Part shown: positions 1 through 9,192 of the stretch, piece by piece
Layout: each line of letters starts with the position of its first letter
How positions within the stretch are numbered: the first letter of the stretch is position 1
NCBI GenBank assembly: GCA_022601635.1
Contig: JAJACG010000032.1
Location: 8,024 to 72,023, forward strand
Source of the DNA: Chlamydiales bacterium
Lineage (GTDB): Bacteria > Chlamydiota > Chlamydiia > Chlamydiales > JAAKFR01
Direction of reading: 5' to 3'
Length of the DNA stretch: 64,000 nt
Notes under the pieces: generated by a model
Seen by the model: the letters and a program-made list of their open reading frames with translations, nothing else
Told to the model about the DNA's origin: nothing
The model's database searches: none
Translations under genes and position numbers: made by a program

Positions 1-369
1 TTTTTGCCACACTCTTCGCCATCCCTGTGCCCTTTTGATACTTATTTCAATTGTGCTATTTAGCTGAAAATAGGTGGCAAAATCCTCTCTCTGATAACCC
101 TCGACCACTACCTCCAAAAGCTGACCTGAAGGCCGCATATAGGCTGTTGCCTCATCCTCATAAAGATAGGCAAAGGTAGGATCAAAATGTTTCACATATA
201 TTTTGAGTGAGCGCTGTGCAATCAGCTCACTCATCTCTTTTTTTTCAATGTGATAGTGAAAAAGACGCTGCATCACAGGCTGCACATCACTTGATGTGAG
301 CGTCCGCGGCGAAGCGACTAATGGAAAAGCAATGAGTAGGTTGAGGCAAAAAAATAGCTGTCTTCGCAT
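1..369 (-). CDS. S41-family C-terminal processing (tail-specific) protease paralogue; only the N-terminal 123 codons are present and the gene runs off the left edge
   Basis: Absent from the ORF track because it is open at the window edge. Reverse-strand ATG at 369..367, then MRRQLFFCLNLLIAFPLVAS (signal peptide) ...DVQPVMQRLFHYHIEKKEMSELIAQRSLKIYVKHFDPTFAYLYEDE. This is collinear with the N-terminal domain of the full-length Tsp at 31126..33042. There is no stop down to base 1. Confidence 0.6.
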   Translation of the reverse strand, partial: MRRQLFFCLNLLIAFPLVASPRTLTSSDVQPVMQRLFHYHIEKKEMSELIAQRSLKIYVKHFDPTFAYLYEDEATAYMRPSGQLLEVVVEGYQREDFATYFQLNSTIEISIKRAQGWRRVWQK

Positions 370-382
370 TCGTTATTCCTGT

Positions 383-1090
383 ATGATGATGGAAAGGCCC
401 ACACAGGTATCGGAAATTAAAGAAAATACTTTAGATAATTTCTCGCTTGAAAACTTTGAAGGTCCGCTCGACCTTCTGCTCTTTTTGATTCAAAAAGAGG
501 AGGTCGACATCACCGATGTGGAGTTAAAGCGTTTGACTGAACAGTTTGCAGAAAAAATTGATGCAACTGAAATTGACCGCGGCTCCAACTGGCTTGCTCT
601 GACAGCAACACTTTTATTGCTCAAAAGCCAGAAATTAATTCCCGGTGAGCAGATCGATGAGGAGGAGTTGCCACGCGTCGAGGTATTCCAAAAGCTGTTG
701 GAATATTGTCAGATCAAAGAGGCAGCGACAGCGCTGGTTCAACAAGAGGAGAAACAGAGACTCTTCTTCTCACGAGGTGAGATGGACAAGCCAAAGCGCA
801 GCTCAAGCGGCCTTGAAGAGGTGCAGCTCGAGGAGCTGACTGAGCTGATGCAAGAGGTGATCAGCCGAGCGCCCAAAGTGGCCACTATTGAACAGGAGCA
901 GTGGGAAGTAGCTCCAAAATTGGACTTTTTGCGGTCCATTACAAGGATGCCCTTTTCTGAGCTCTTTCATGAGAAGATGTGCCGAAACGAGCTGGTTGTC
1001 ACCTTCTTGGCACTGCTCGAGTTGATGAAATTAGAAGAGGTCAAAGTAATAAGAGACGGTAATATATATGTTGAATCTACTGGATGTTGA
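383..1090 (+). CDS. scpA: Segregation and condensation protein A (kleisin ScpA)
   Basis: ORF 296..1090. The FEGPLDLLLFLIQKEEVDITDV motif is typical of ScpA, and scpB overlaps immediately downstream. ATG 383 is preferred over the GTG at 296 because the upstream extension overlaps the divergent protease gene. The start is uncertain (332 is also possible). Confidence 0.85.
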   Translation: MMMERPTQVSEIKENTLDNFSLENFEGPLDLLLFLIQKEEVDITDVELKRLTEQFAEKIDATEIDRGSNWLALTATLLLLKSQKLIPGEQIDEEELPRVEVFQKLLEYCQIKEAATALVQQEEKQRLFFSRGEMDKPKRSSSGLEEVQLEELTELMQEVISRAPKVATIEQEQWEVAPKLDFLRSITRMPFSELFHEKMCRNELVVTFLALLELMKLEEVKVIRDGNIYVESTGC

Positions 1091-1631
1091 AACCGAATCA
1101 CAAACAAACACGCCAACGAAAGAGAGTCAGATCAAGCGCATCCTTGAAGCGCTCCTATTCTCCTGCTCAGAATCGATCTCCATCGATAAGCTAAAAGAGG
1201 TCATCTCCTCAACCTACCCGATTGGCAAAAGAGAGCTGCGTCGATTAATTGATGAGATGCGCGAAGAGTACCGGACGCAAAATCGCGCCTTCACCATCGA
1301 CGAAATTGCAGAGGGCTACCTTCTACGCACAAGCGCTGATCTCGGCCCCTATATCGAACTGCTTCATCTAAATAAAAGAGGTGAAAAACTCTCAAAAGCG
1401 AGCATGGAAGTTTTGGCCATTATCGCCTACAAATCCCCCATCACACGTGCCGAAGTAGAGGCTCTACGTGGCGTCGACAGCTCAGGCACAATCTCCTCAC
1501 TCCAAGAGAGAGGCTTGATTGAAGAGGTCGGTCGCAAGCAGGCGCCAGGACGACCCGTGCAATTTGGAGTGACCCGGAGGTTTTTAAAGCATTTTGGATT
1601 AAAATCTGCAGCAGATATTCCGCAGCTATGA
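1068..1631 (+). CDS. scpB: Segregation and condensation protein B
   Basis: 187 aa. ILEALLFSCSESISIDKLKEV and LAIIAYKSPITRAEVEALRGV are winged-helix motifs of ScpB. It overlaps the scpA stop by 23 nt, indicating translational coupling. Confidence 0.9.
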   Translation: MLNLLDVETESQTNTPTKESQIKRILEALLFSCSESISIDKLKEVISSTYPIGKRELRRLIDEMREEYRTQNRAFTIDEIAEGYLLRTSADLGPYIELLHLNKRGEKLSKASMEVLAIIAYKSPITRAEVEALRGVDSSGTISSLQERGLIEEVGRKQAPGRPVQFGVTRRFLKHFGLKSAADIPQL

Positions 1632-1961
1632 GTCAGCTGGCTGCTGAGCCGCAAGCTGTAGCCTGCACTGTCCCAGAATCGCAAGCGGTGTTGCCGCAAT
1701 AATTAGACCCGTTGCCACCGCCACAGATAAGACACCACCCATATAAGGAATCAAGCCCATCCCTATATTCATAAAGCGACGGCTCATCCCAATCCCCATA
1801 CAGCTAGCCCCAAGTGCAATAAAAACAACAGACGTAATAGCAAGCGCCACCGCACTTACCTTCATCGATCTCGCCATCTCAACTGGCACATAACGCTCAA
1901 ATTTTTCTCTAACTGCTGGTATCATGGAGCCTATATTAGAACACAAGTAATTATGTGTCAA
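1626..1961 (-). CDS. Small hypothetical membrane protein with two adjacent hydrophobic segments; last gene of the glycosyltransferase operon
   Basis: 111 aa. The hydrophobic stretches VSAVALAITSVVFIALGASCMGIGM and GLIPYMGGVLSVAVATGLIIAATPLAIL are separated by a short loop. Its start overlaps the stop of the upstream glycosyltransferase. I recognise no family. Confidence 0.45.
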   Translation of the reverse strand: MTHNYLCSNIGSMIPAVREKFERYVPVEMARSMKVSAVALAITSVVFIALGASCMGIGMSRRFMNIGMGLIPYMGGVLSVAVATGLIIAATPLAILGQCRLQLAAQQPADS

Positions 1962-3054
1962 TTAATTGACTCACTTCACTAACAAGAGTTTGTTGTAATT
2001 GCAACCAGCTATTGTGGTGAATATCATCGGCTAGTTGGCGATAGAGATGGTCTGCCAACTCTTTGCGCTCCTGAGGCGACGTCTGTAATAATTTCTTGAT
2101 TGTTTGCAGATTGTATTCAAAGTCATCGAAGCGCAAGAGGTAGGGATGATCATAGGGATAGCCCGTTTGGGGAGAGACCACGGGAATAAAGCCGCGCGCT
2201 GCTGCCTCTAAAATGGCTACAGACTGCCCCTCCCACATTCCTGGTTGGATGAAAAAATCAGCTTGGCTTGCAAGTCGAGCCGCTGCTGCTTGATCGAGAT
2301 TGTCAAAGCGCGCCTGCCCAGTTCCAAAAAGATAGAGCTTGCGATCTACAGCTTGTACCAGCTTGATTGATTCAGGCACACATTTCATGTGACCCATATG
2401 CCCAATATAGAAAAAGTTGGAGGTGACATAGTCATATTTGATGCGCTTGAATAGGTCGAGATCCACAGGCTGATGGACGACGCAGTAGCGCTGTTTTTGG
2501 AAGAAGGGTGCCCAAAAGTTTTGCTCCCTATCGAGATAATTCTGCTGATTGTATTCTGAAGTGAGCAAGATTGAGCAACACGCCTGATTGTAGAAAGCCA
2601 TCTCCTCCTCTTTGTCAGAGCAGTGACTCCCCTTCGAGACCACATGATCCTCATGGCCCACAAAGGGAGAGAAGGTGATCAGGCGACTCGTTCTTTTGGA
2701 GGCAAGGGCAAAGGTTTCCCCCGGATGACCAATCACCACATCACCCTCTTTGATTTTGGCGATTCGTTTGGGATTTTCACCGCTATAGCGCAAAAAAGTG
2801 ACACGCCCAAAGGCGCTCTTCAAAGCTGTGTAGCCAAAGTAGCTAATTTCAGTGTTGGCGCGCAAACCGTGGTGAAAACGATCATAACCATTTTTGTGAG
2901 TGTAAATGAAAAAGATGCGGCGCCCCGGCAGCTTCTCATTGAGAAGCAATGCTAGTTTACGTGCAAGTTTCAATGCGCTTTCTCCATGTACGGTACGATT
3001 TATAATGCCCCCAAATGGTACGCAAGTAGCGCTTGCGCACCTGATACGCCTCAT
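1951..3054 (-). CDS. Glycosyltransferase, GT-B fold (family 1/4-like)
   Basis: 367 aa. The C-terminal FIQPGMWEGQSVAILEAAARGFIPVVS resembles the E-x7-E sugar-donor motif of retaining GT4 enzymes. The annotated N-terminus overlaps the upstream GT2 gene by 98 nt, so the true start is probably an internal non-ATG codon. Confidence 0.75.
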   Translation of the reverse strand: MRRIRCASATCVPFGGIINRTVHGESALKLARKLALLLNEKLPGRRIFFIYTHKNGYDRFHHGLRANTEISYFGYTALKSAFGRVTFLRYSGENPKRIAKIKEGDVVIGHPGETFALASKRTSRLITFSPFVGHEDHVVSKGSHCSDKEEEMAFYNQACCSILLTSEYNQQNYLDREQNFWAPFFQKQRYCVVHQPVDLDLFKRIKYDYVTSNFFYIGHMGHMKCVPESIKLVQAVDRKLYLFGTGQARFDNLDQAAAARLASQADFFIQPGMWEGQSVAILEAAARGFIPVVSPQTGYPYDHPYLLRFDDFEYNLQTIKKLLQTSPQERKELADHLYRQLADDIHHNSWLQLQQTLVSEVSQLIDT

Positions 3055-3682
3055 CAGCTACCCCTCTTGGCTGCGAAGTAGAGAGTGAGTCGCCATGCTC
3101 ACGGAAACAGGAAAAGATTGCTGGAAAAGCAAGAGGCTTAGAAATCTTAGCCAGTCGTAACCAAAGCTCATAGTCCATGCAATATTTGAGCTTGGGATCA
3201 AATCCACCCACCTCTTCAAAGAGCGCTCTCTTCACAAAGGTAGCTGGATGGGTGATCGTATTGTAACGCTTCAACTTCTTCATTGAAAAGGGTCGAAAAG
3301 CTGTCTTGCGAATAACCTCATCCCTCTCATCAACAATGAGCGCTTGACCATAGAGCCAGCGTAACTTTGGATGCTGTAAAAAGGCCGTGTGCACAAAGGA
3401 GAGAACTTTTGGATGGGCCAGAAAATCATCCGCATGCAGATGAAGCAATATCTCCCCCTTCGCAAATCTGACACCACAATTCATCGCATCAGCAATGCCG
3501 CTGTCCTTCCCCTGATGAATTTTTACATCATATTTAGAAGCAATTTCTAAGGTTCGATCGCTACTACCGCCATCCCAAATAATATGTTCAAAATCTTGAA
3601 ATTCTTGCGAGGCGACACTGCGCAAAGTTTTCTCTAAAAAATCTTCCGCATTAAAGGTCGCCGTGATAATACTAAAACGCAT
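2957..3682 (-). CDS. Glycosyltransferase family 2
   Basis: 241 aa. The N-terminus MRFSIITATFNAEDFLEKTLRSVASQEFQDFEHIIWDGGSSDRT has the classic GT2 (GT-A) architecture, followed by a DxD-like HADD. Confidence 0.85.
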   Translation of the reverse strand: MRFSIITATFNAEDFLEKTLRSVASQEFQDFEHIIWDGGSSDRTLEIASKYDVKIHQGKDSGIADAMNCGVRFAKGEILLHLHADDFLAHPKVLSFVHTAFLQHPKLRWLYGQALIVDERDEVIRKTAFRPFSMKKLKRYNTITHPATFVKRALFEEVGGFDPKLKYCMDYELWLRLAKISKPLAFPAIFSCFREHGDSLSTSQPRGVADEAYQVRKRYLRTIWGHYKSYRTWRKRIETCT

Positions 3683-4700
3683 GAAAACGATTCTAACCGC
3701 TCTTTTGCTTTTTTGTCTCCAGCTCCATGCAGATCACCATGTCCTTGGGATAGGCTCTTATGTTTGGGACTATATCCAACCTGTTGATGATGAATTTCTA
3801 GACGCCCTTTATATGGAGAAGAAGGGTCATCTCGATTTAGATTGGCACAGCTTCTGTGACGTTCTATCGCTTGCCGAAAGCTACCCCAAGCCAATGATGA
3901 TCACTGGGGGCTCGATTGCCAATACTATCAAGGGACTTGCTGCTCTTGGCATCGATTGTGCGCTGACAGGAAAGGCTGGAAGAGACAAGACTGGCGACCT
4001 ACTTCTCGAAGCGCTCTCAAATGCAGGCATCACCCCTTTTGCCACACGCACTAATACTCCCACCTCTCAGATTATCTCGTTGGTAACACCAGATGGTGAG
4101 CGCTCCTTTTGCACCTTTGTTCAATCCTCCTATGAGATCGAAGAGAGCGACCTTCTGCCAAAATATTTTCAAAATCAAGATTTAGTCTACATTGAGGGCT
4201 ACCTCATTCCTAACAGCTGCGTCGTCGAGAAGGCAGCTCGTCTGGGCAAGGAATATGGAGCGCTTGTGGCCTATGACATTGGCAGTAAAGATTTGGGCGA
4301 GCGCTACCGTGAAAGACTTTGGGGATTACTTCGAGACTATATAGATATTTTATTTGTCGATAGCGATGAATCTTACTCCCTCACTCACCTGCCCCCTGCA
4401 GAGTCAGCTCGCCTACTTGGCGATCTTTGCAAAGTGGCCGTTGTTAAGGTAGGAGAGGAGGGCTGCTATGTATGCAGCAATGGCAAAGTCTTTCACAAGC
4501 CAGCCATCCCCACCAAGGTGGTCGATGCAACAGGCGCTGGCGACCTCTTCGCTGCAGGTTTCCTCTATAGCTATCTTGAAGATGCAGCATTGGAGAAATG
4601 CGCCCTTTTTGGAAATCTGATGGGAAGCGCCGCTGTTGAGCGCTTCGGCGGAGAGGTTCCCAAAGAGAGACTTGGCGAGATAGTGGCCACCTTGAAGTAA
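3681..4700 (+). CDS. PfkB-family carbohydrate/nucleoside kinase with an N-terminal signal-like peptide
   Basis: ORF 3663..4700. The PfkB signature DATGAGDLFAAGFLYSYL lies near the C-terminus and VLGIGSYVWDYI forms the N-terminal strand. The N-terminus MKTILTALLLFCLQLHA is hydrophobic. ATG 3681 overlaps the divergent GT2 start within CATG. Confidence 0.8.
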   Translation: MKTILTALLLFCLQLHADHHVLGIGSYVWDYIQPVDDEFLDALYMEKKGHLDLDWHSFCDVLSLAESYPKPMMITGGSIANTIKGLAALGIDCALTGKAGRDKTGDLLLEALSNAGITPFATRTNTPTSQIISLVTPDGERSFCTFVQSSYEIEESDLLPKYFQNQDLVYIEGYLIPNSCVVEKAARLGKEYGALVAYDIGSKDLGERYRERLWGLLRDYIDILFVDSDESYSLTHLPPAESARLLGDLCKVAVVKVGEEGCYVCSNGKVFHKPAIPTKVVDATGAGDLFAAGFLYSYLEDAALEKCALFGNLMGSAAVERFGGEVPKERLGEIVATLK

Positions 4701-4726
4701 AATTTATTCTATTAAAAAATATCCCC

Positions 4727-4755
4727 TTGCGAAAAAGGAGCATCCAGAGTATCCT
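4727..4755 (+). promoter_or_regulatory. Candidate sigma-70-type promoter of the rpsL-rpsG-fusA-rpsJ operon
   Basis: TTGCGA (4727..4732), a 17-nt spacer, then TATCCT (4750..4755). GGAG lies 6 nt upstream of the rpsL ATG. This is a pattern match only. Confidence 0.35.
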
Positions 4756-4780
4756 TGGTCCACTTTAATATGGAGTTCGT

Positions 4781-5152
4781 ATGCCAACGATTAATCAGTT
4801 GATTCGAAAAAAAAGAGGGCAAAAGAGCCGACGCAAGAAGTCGCCTGCCCTAAGTAAGTGTCCACACAGACGCGGCGTCTGCCTTCAGGTGAAGACTAAG
4901 ACCCCTAAAAAGCCAAACTCTGCGCTTCGCAAAGTGGCTTGGGTGCGTTTGTCAAATGGACAAGAAATCATTGCCTATATTGGTGGTGAGGGACACAACC
5001 TGCAGGAGCACAGCATTGTTCTTGTTCGTGGTGGCCGCGTAAAAGACCTGCCGGGTGTGCGTTATCACATCGTTAGGGGAGCTCTTGACTGCGCAGCAGT
5101 TAAGGATAGAAAGCAGAGCAGATCACATTACGGCGCTAAAAAGCCGAAGTAA
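4781..5152 (+). CDS. rpsL: 30S ribosomal protein S12
   Basis: [12 protein letters not shown]...[18 protein letters not shown]...[17 protein letters not shown] is near-universal S12 sequence. Confidence 0.98.
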   Translation: MPTINQLIRKKRGQKSRRKKSPALSKCPHRRGVCLQVKTKTPKKPNSALRKVAWVRLSNGQEIIAYIGGEGHNLQEHSIVLVRGGRVKDLPGVRYHIVRGALDCAAVKDRKQSRSHYGAKKPK

Positions 5153-5275
5153 TTCTAAGATGGGGTAACTCCTCATCTTGGTGTGAAGCCTCCTCATGTG
5201 GGGAGCCTTCGCAACCGTAGCACTCGCTACAGGTGAATAATGACTGCTAAAACATTTGAGTAGTAAGGAATTAAT

Positions 5276-5749
5276 ATGTCTAGAAGACGTAAAGCAGAGA
5301 AGCGCAAAGCAGAGAAAGACCCCCTTTATGGGAGTGAAGTCTTGGCCAAATTCATCAACAAAGTGATGATGCATGGTAAGAAGGCAAAATCACGTGCGAT
5401 TGTTTATGGCGCGATTGTTGATTTTTCTGCGAAGGCGAAAATTGATGACCCAGTTGAGGCCTTTGAACAGGCGCTAGAAAATGCGAAGCCGACACTTGAG
5501 GTGAAGAGCCGCCGTATTGGTGGAGCGACCTATCAGGTACCGATTGAGATCCCAGCTGGTCGCCGCACATCGATGGCGATGCGTTGGATTATTGCCAATG
5601 CTCGTTCAAAAGTGGGACGTGGCATGCAGCAGGGCCTTGCCCAGGAGCTTTTGGATTGTTTTAACAACCAAGGCGCAACGATTAAGAAGAAAGATGACAC
5701 ACATCGCATGGCTGAAGCGAATAAAGCGTTTGCACATTACAAGTGGTAA
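5276..5749 (+). CDS. rpsG: 30S ribosomal protein S7
   Basis: 157 aa with SRRIGGATYQVPIEIPAGRRTSMAMRWII, and it sits in the str-operon position after rpsL. Confidence 0.98.
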   Translation: MSRRRKAEKRKAEKDPLYGSEVLAKFINKVMMHGKKAKSRAIVYGAIVDFSAKAKIDDPVEAFEQALENAKPTLEVKSRRIGGATYQVPIEIPAGRRTSMAMRWIIANARSKVGRGMQQGLAQELLDCFNNQGATIKKKDDTHRMAEANKAFAHYKW

Positions 5750-5758
5750 GGAGAATAG

Positions 5759-7846
5759 ATGTCTAGGCCCGACAAGGACAAATTAGAGAATGTAAGAAAT
5801 ATCGGCATCATGGCTCACATTGATGCTGGAAAGACAACGACGACTGAACGAATCCTTTACTATGCGGGACGTTCTCACAAGATTGGTGAGGTGCATGAAG
5901 GCGCTGCAACCATGGACTGGATGGAGCAAGAGCAAGAGCGTGGTATCACCATTACCTCTGCTGCTACAACCGTCTACTGGGGAAGCTCCAAAGTAAATAT
6001 CATTGATACTCCAGGACACGTCGACTTTACAGTTGAAGTGGAGCGCTCACTGCGCGTTTTGGACGGCTCTGTAGCTGTCTTTGATTCTGTCTCCGGTGTT
6101 GAGCCTCAATCTGAGACTGTATGGCGCCAAGCTGATAAGTATGAAGTACCCCGTATCTGTTTCGTCAACAAGATGGACAGAATGGGCGCCGACTTCTTTG
6201 CAGCTGTTGAATCGATGAAAGAGAAGCTAGGTGCTCATGCAGTACCAGTACACTGCCCAATTGGTGCTGAAGCAGACTTCGCAGGAATGGTCGATCTAAT
6301 CACAATGAAGGCATTGATCTTTAAAGATGAGACAATGGGCGCTGAGTGGGAAGAGAGTGACATTCCAGATGATCTAAAAGAGAAGTGTGAACAGCTACGT
6401 GGCGAGCTACTTGAAGAGCTTGCAATGATCGACGAAGAAAACGAAGAGTTCATGAACAAGGTGCTTGAGGCTCCTGATACATTGACTCCAGATGAGATTC
6501 ATGCTGTATTACGCAAAGGTGTAACAGGAAACAAAATCAACCCAGTTCTTTGCGGTTCTGCCTTCAAAAACAAGGGTGTTCAGCAGCTACTAGATGCCAT
6601 TGTGCACTATATGCCATCACCCTTGGATCGTGGAAACCTAAAAGGGGTCGACATTGATAGCGGTGAGCCCTTTGAAGTGGAGCCAAAAGATGATGCTCCT
6701 CTTGCAGCTCTAGCCTTTAAGGTGATGACAGACCCCTATGTTGGTCGTTTGACATTTGTACGGGTTTACGCTGGTACAATGAAGAAGGGTTCCACTCTTA
6801 AAAACACCACAAAAGATAAGAAAGAGCGAGTCTCTCGACTTCTTGAGATGCATAGTAACTCACGTGAAGACCGTGATGAGTTCTATACTGGTGATATTGC
6901 AGCTTGCATCGGACTGAAAAATACAACAACAGGTGATACAATCTGTGAAGAGAACTCTAACTTCTTGCTAGAGAAGATGGAATTCCCAGAGCCGGTGATT
7001 GATATGGCAATTGAGCCTAAGTCAAAAGCGGATAGAGAGAAGCTAGCGCAGGCATTGAATGCTCTTTCTGAAGAGGATCCAACATTTAGAGTGAGTTCCA
7101 ACGAAGAGACTGGTCAAACGATCATCTCTGGTATGGGAGAGCTGCACCTCGACATTTTACGCGATCGCATGATTCGTGAATTCAAGGTTGAAGCGACAGT
7201 TGGTAAGCCGCAGGTTTCTTATAAGGAAACTATTACTAAGCCTAGCAAATCTGAGACAAAGTTTGTGAAGCAGTCTGGTGGACGCGGTCAGTATGCGCAT
7301 GTCTGCCTGGAGATTGAGCCAAACGAGCCAGGAAAGGGTAACGAGGTCGTAAGCAAGATTGTTGGTGGTGCGATTCCAAAGGAATATATTCCTGCAACAA
7401 TCAAGGGTATTGAAGAGGGATTAGCAACAGGTGTTGTCGCAGGCTACCAGCTTGTGGACGTCAAGATTGCGATCGTCTTCGGTTCCTACCACGAAGTTGA
7501 CTCAAACGAAATGGCTTTTAAGATCTGCGGATCTATGGCTCTCAAGGATGCTGCAAAGCAAGCTGGTGCTGTACTACTTGAGCCGATCATGAAGGTGGAT
7601 GTAACAACACCGGAAGCCTCTATGGGTGATGTGATTGGCGAGATGAACAAGCGTCGCGGTAAGATTTTGGGACAGGAGAGCCAGAAGGGCTCTGTCAAGG
7701 TGAATGTAGAAGCGCCACTAAGCGAAATGTTTGGGTGGACAAACAAGCTGCGCTCGATCAGTTCTGGTCGCGCCTCTTCGGTGATGCAGCCAGCCTACTT
7801 CGCTAAGGTCCCTCAGAAAATTCAAGATGAAATTGTGAAAAGGTAA
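5759..7846 (+). CDS. fusA: Elongation factor G
   Basis: 695 aa with the G-domain motifs [20 protein letters not shown] and NKMD, in the str-operon context. Confidence 0.98.
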   Translation: MSRPDKDKLENVRNIGIMAHIDAGKTTTTERILYYAGRSHKIGEVHEGAATMDWMEQEQERGITITSAATTVYWGSSKVNIIDTPGHVDFTVEVERSLRVLDGSVAVFDSVSGVEPQSETVWRQADKYEVPRICFVNKMDRMGADFFAAVESMKEKLGAHAVPVHCPIGAEADFAGMVDLITMKALIFKDETMGAEWEESDIPDDLKEKCEQLRGELLEELAMIDEENEEFMNKVLEAPDTLTPDEIHAVLRKGVTGNKINPVLCGSAFKNKGVQQLLDAIVHYMPSPLDRGNLKGVDIDSGEPFEVEPKDDAPLAALAFKVMTDPYVGRLTFVRVYAGTMKKGSTLKNTTKDKKERVSRLLEMHSNSREDRDEFYTGDIAACIGLKNTTTGDTICEENSNFLLEKMEFPEPVIDMAIEPKSKADREKLAQALNALSEEDPTFRVSSNEETGQTIISGMGELHLDILRDRMIREFKVEATVGKPQVSYKETITKPSKSETKFVKQSGGRGQYAHVCLEIEPNEPGKGNEVVSKIVGGAIPKEYIPATIKGIEEGLATGVVAGYQLVDVKIAIVFGSYHEVDSNEMAFKICGSMALKDAAKQAGAVLLEPIMKVDVTTPEASMGDVIGEMNKRRGKILGQESQKGSVKVNVEAPLSEMFGWTNKLRSISSGRASSVMQPAYFAKVPQKIQDEIVKR

Positions 7847-7852
7847 AAAAAT

Positions 7853-8170
7853 ATGGCAAAGCAGAAGCAAAGGATACGCATTCGCCTTAAGGGATTCGAT
7901 CAGCGTCAAATTGATCGCTCTACAGGTGATATCGTCGAAACTGCAAAGCGCACAGGTGCACGTGTTGTAGGCCCGATTCCCCTACCTACAAAGCGCGAGA
8001 TCTACACAGTTCTCCGCTCTCCGCACGTAGACCGTAAGAGTCGTGAGCAGTTTGAGATCCGCACGCACAAAAGATTGATCGATATTCTCGATCCATCTGG
8101 CGGTACGATTGATGCCCTCAAAACGTTGGCACTGCCAGCGGGTGTGGACATCAAAATTAAAGCAGCGTGA
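7853..8170 (+). CDS. rpsJ: 30S ribosomal protein S10
   Basis: 105 aa. [17 protein letters not shown]...[39 protein letters not shown] is typical S10. Confidence 0.98.
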   Translation: MAKQKQRIRIRLKGFDQRQIDRSTGDIVETAKRTGARVVGPIPLPTKREIYTVLRSPHVDRKSREQFEIRTHKRLIDILDPSGGTIDALKTLALPAGVDIKIKAA

Positions 8171-9156
8171 GTTATCTCGTCCCCATCATAGATCGAGTAC
8201 GATTGAATGAGGGCTCTGACAAAGAGACCTATCATATCGTACTCGATCTTACACACACAGACCTATCCTATTCAGTCGGGGATTGCGTCGCCGTATACCC
8301 AGAAAATGACCCTGACCTTGTTGAACAAATCTATAGCTATTTTGGAAAGCCAAACTGCTCGATCACATATAAAGAGCAGAAGTGGGACTTCTTAGAATTT
8401 CTACAAAAGCGTGCAAATCTACTGAAAGCTCCAAAAAAGCTTGGAATCGGAGATCATGTATTAGATGTTCTCAAAAGAGGTGAACCGATCGCCCCTCAAG
8501 AATTTGCCTCGCTACTACTGCCTCTTTTACCCCGTTTTTATTCGATTGCGAGTGCTGAGGAGGCGGTTGGTAGGCAGATGCATCTTACCGTCTCGATTAA
8601 TGAGAACCCTCCTCATTTCCCCACAAAATTTGGCACCTGCTCCCACTATCTTTGCAAGAGAGTTCCTCTGCATCAGCCTATTCAAGTAGAGCTACATAAG
8701 GCCAAAAGCTTCTTTCTTAGCCCTGATTCTTTTCAAAAACCGATTATTATGGTGGGGCCTGGCACAGGTATTGCACCTTTTCGCGGCTTTTTACAAAAAA
8801 GATTGCAGGCGGGTAATCGAGACAACTGGCTCTTTTTTGGTGAAAGAAGGAAGCAGTATGACTTCTATTACAAAGAGGAGTGGGAAAACGCGCAGGGACT
8901 CACACTTGATACTGCCTTTTCAAGAGATGGAGAGCAGAAGGTTTATGTCCAAGATCGTATGCTTGCCAATAGCCAAAAACTGTGGCGGTGGCTAGAAGAG
9001 GGAGCTTACTTCTATGTTTGCGGTGATGCCAAACAGATGGCTAAAGCTGTTGACCAAGCTTTGAAGGAAATTATTGAATCTGAGGGAAAGGTTGACTCAA
9101 AGGAATATATTAAAAATTTGAAGCAGCAAAAGCGCTACCTGCGCGATGTTTATTGA
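8167..9156 (+). CDS. FAD/NADPH-binding oxidoreductase of the ferredoxin-NADP reductase family (CysJ-like C-terminal module, no flavodoxin domain)
   Basis: 329 aa with a GTG start. RFYSIASA (FAD RxYS motif), [14 protein letters not shown] (NADPH) and [13 protein letters not shown]...YLRDVY at the C-terminus. The position after rpsJ is as I remember it in Chlamydia. Confidence 0.8.
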   Translation: MSYLVPIIDRVRLNEGSDKETYHIVLDLTHTDLSYSVGDCVAVYPENDPDLVEQIYSYFGKPNCSITYKEQKWDFLEFLQKRANLLKAPKKLGIGDHVLDVLKRGEPIAPQEFASLLLPLLPRFYSIASAEEAVGRQMHLTVSINENPPHFPTKFGTCSHYLCKRVPLHQPIQVELHKAKSFFLSPDSFQKPIIMVGPGTGIAPFRGFLQKRLQAGNRDNWLFFGERRKQYDFYYKEEWENAQGLTLDTAFSRDGEQKVYVQDRMLANSQKLWRWLEEGAYFYVCGDAKQMAKAVDQALKEIIESEGKVDSKEYIKNLKQQKRYLRDVY

Positions 9157-9192
9157 TTTTTAATAGTCATTTTTGTCATAATAATAGGGATT

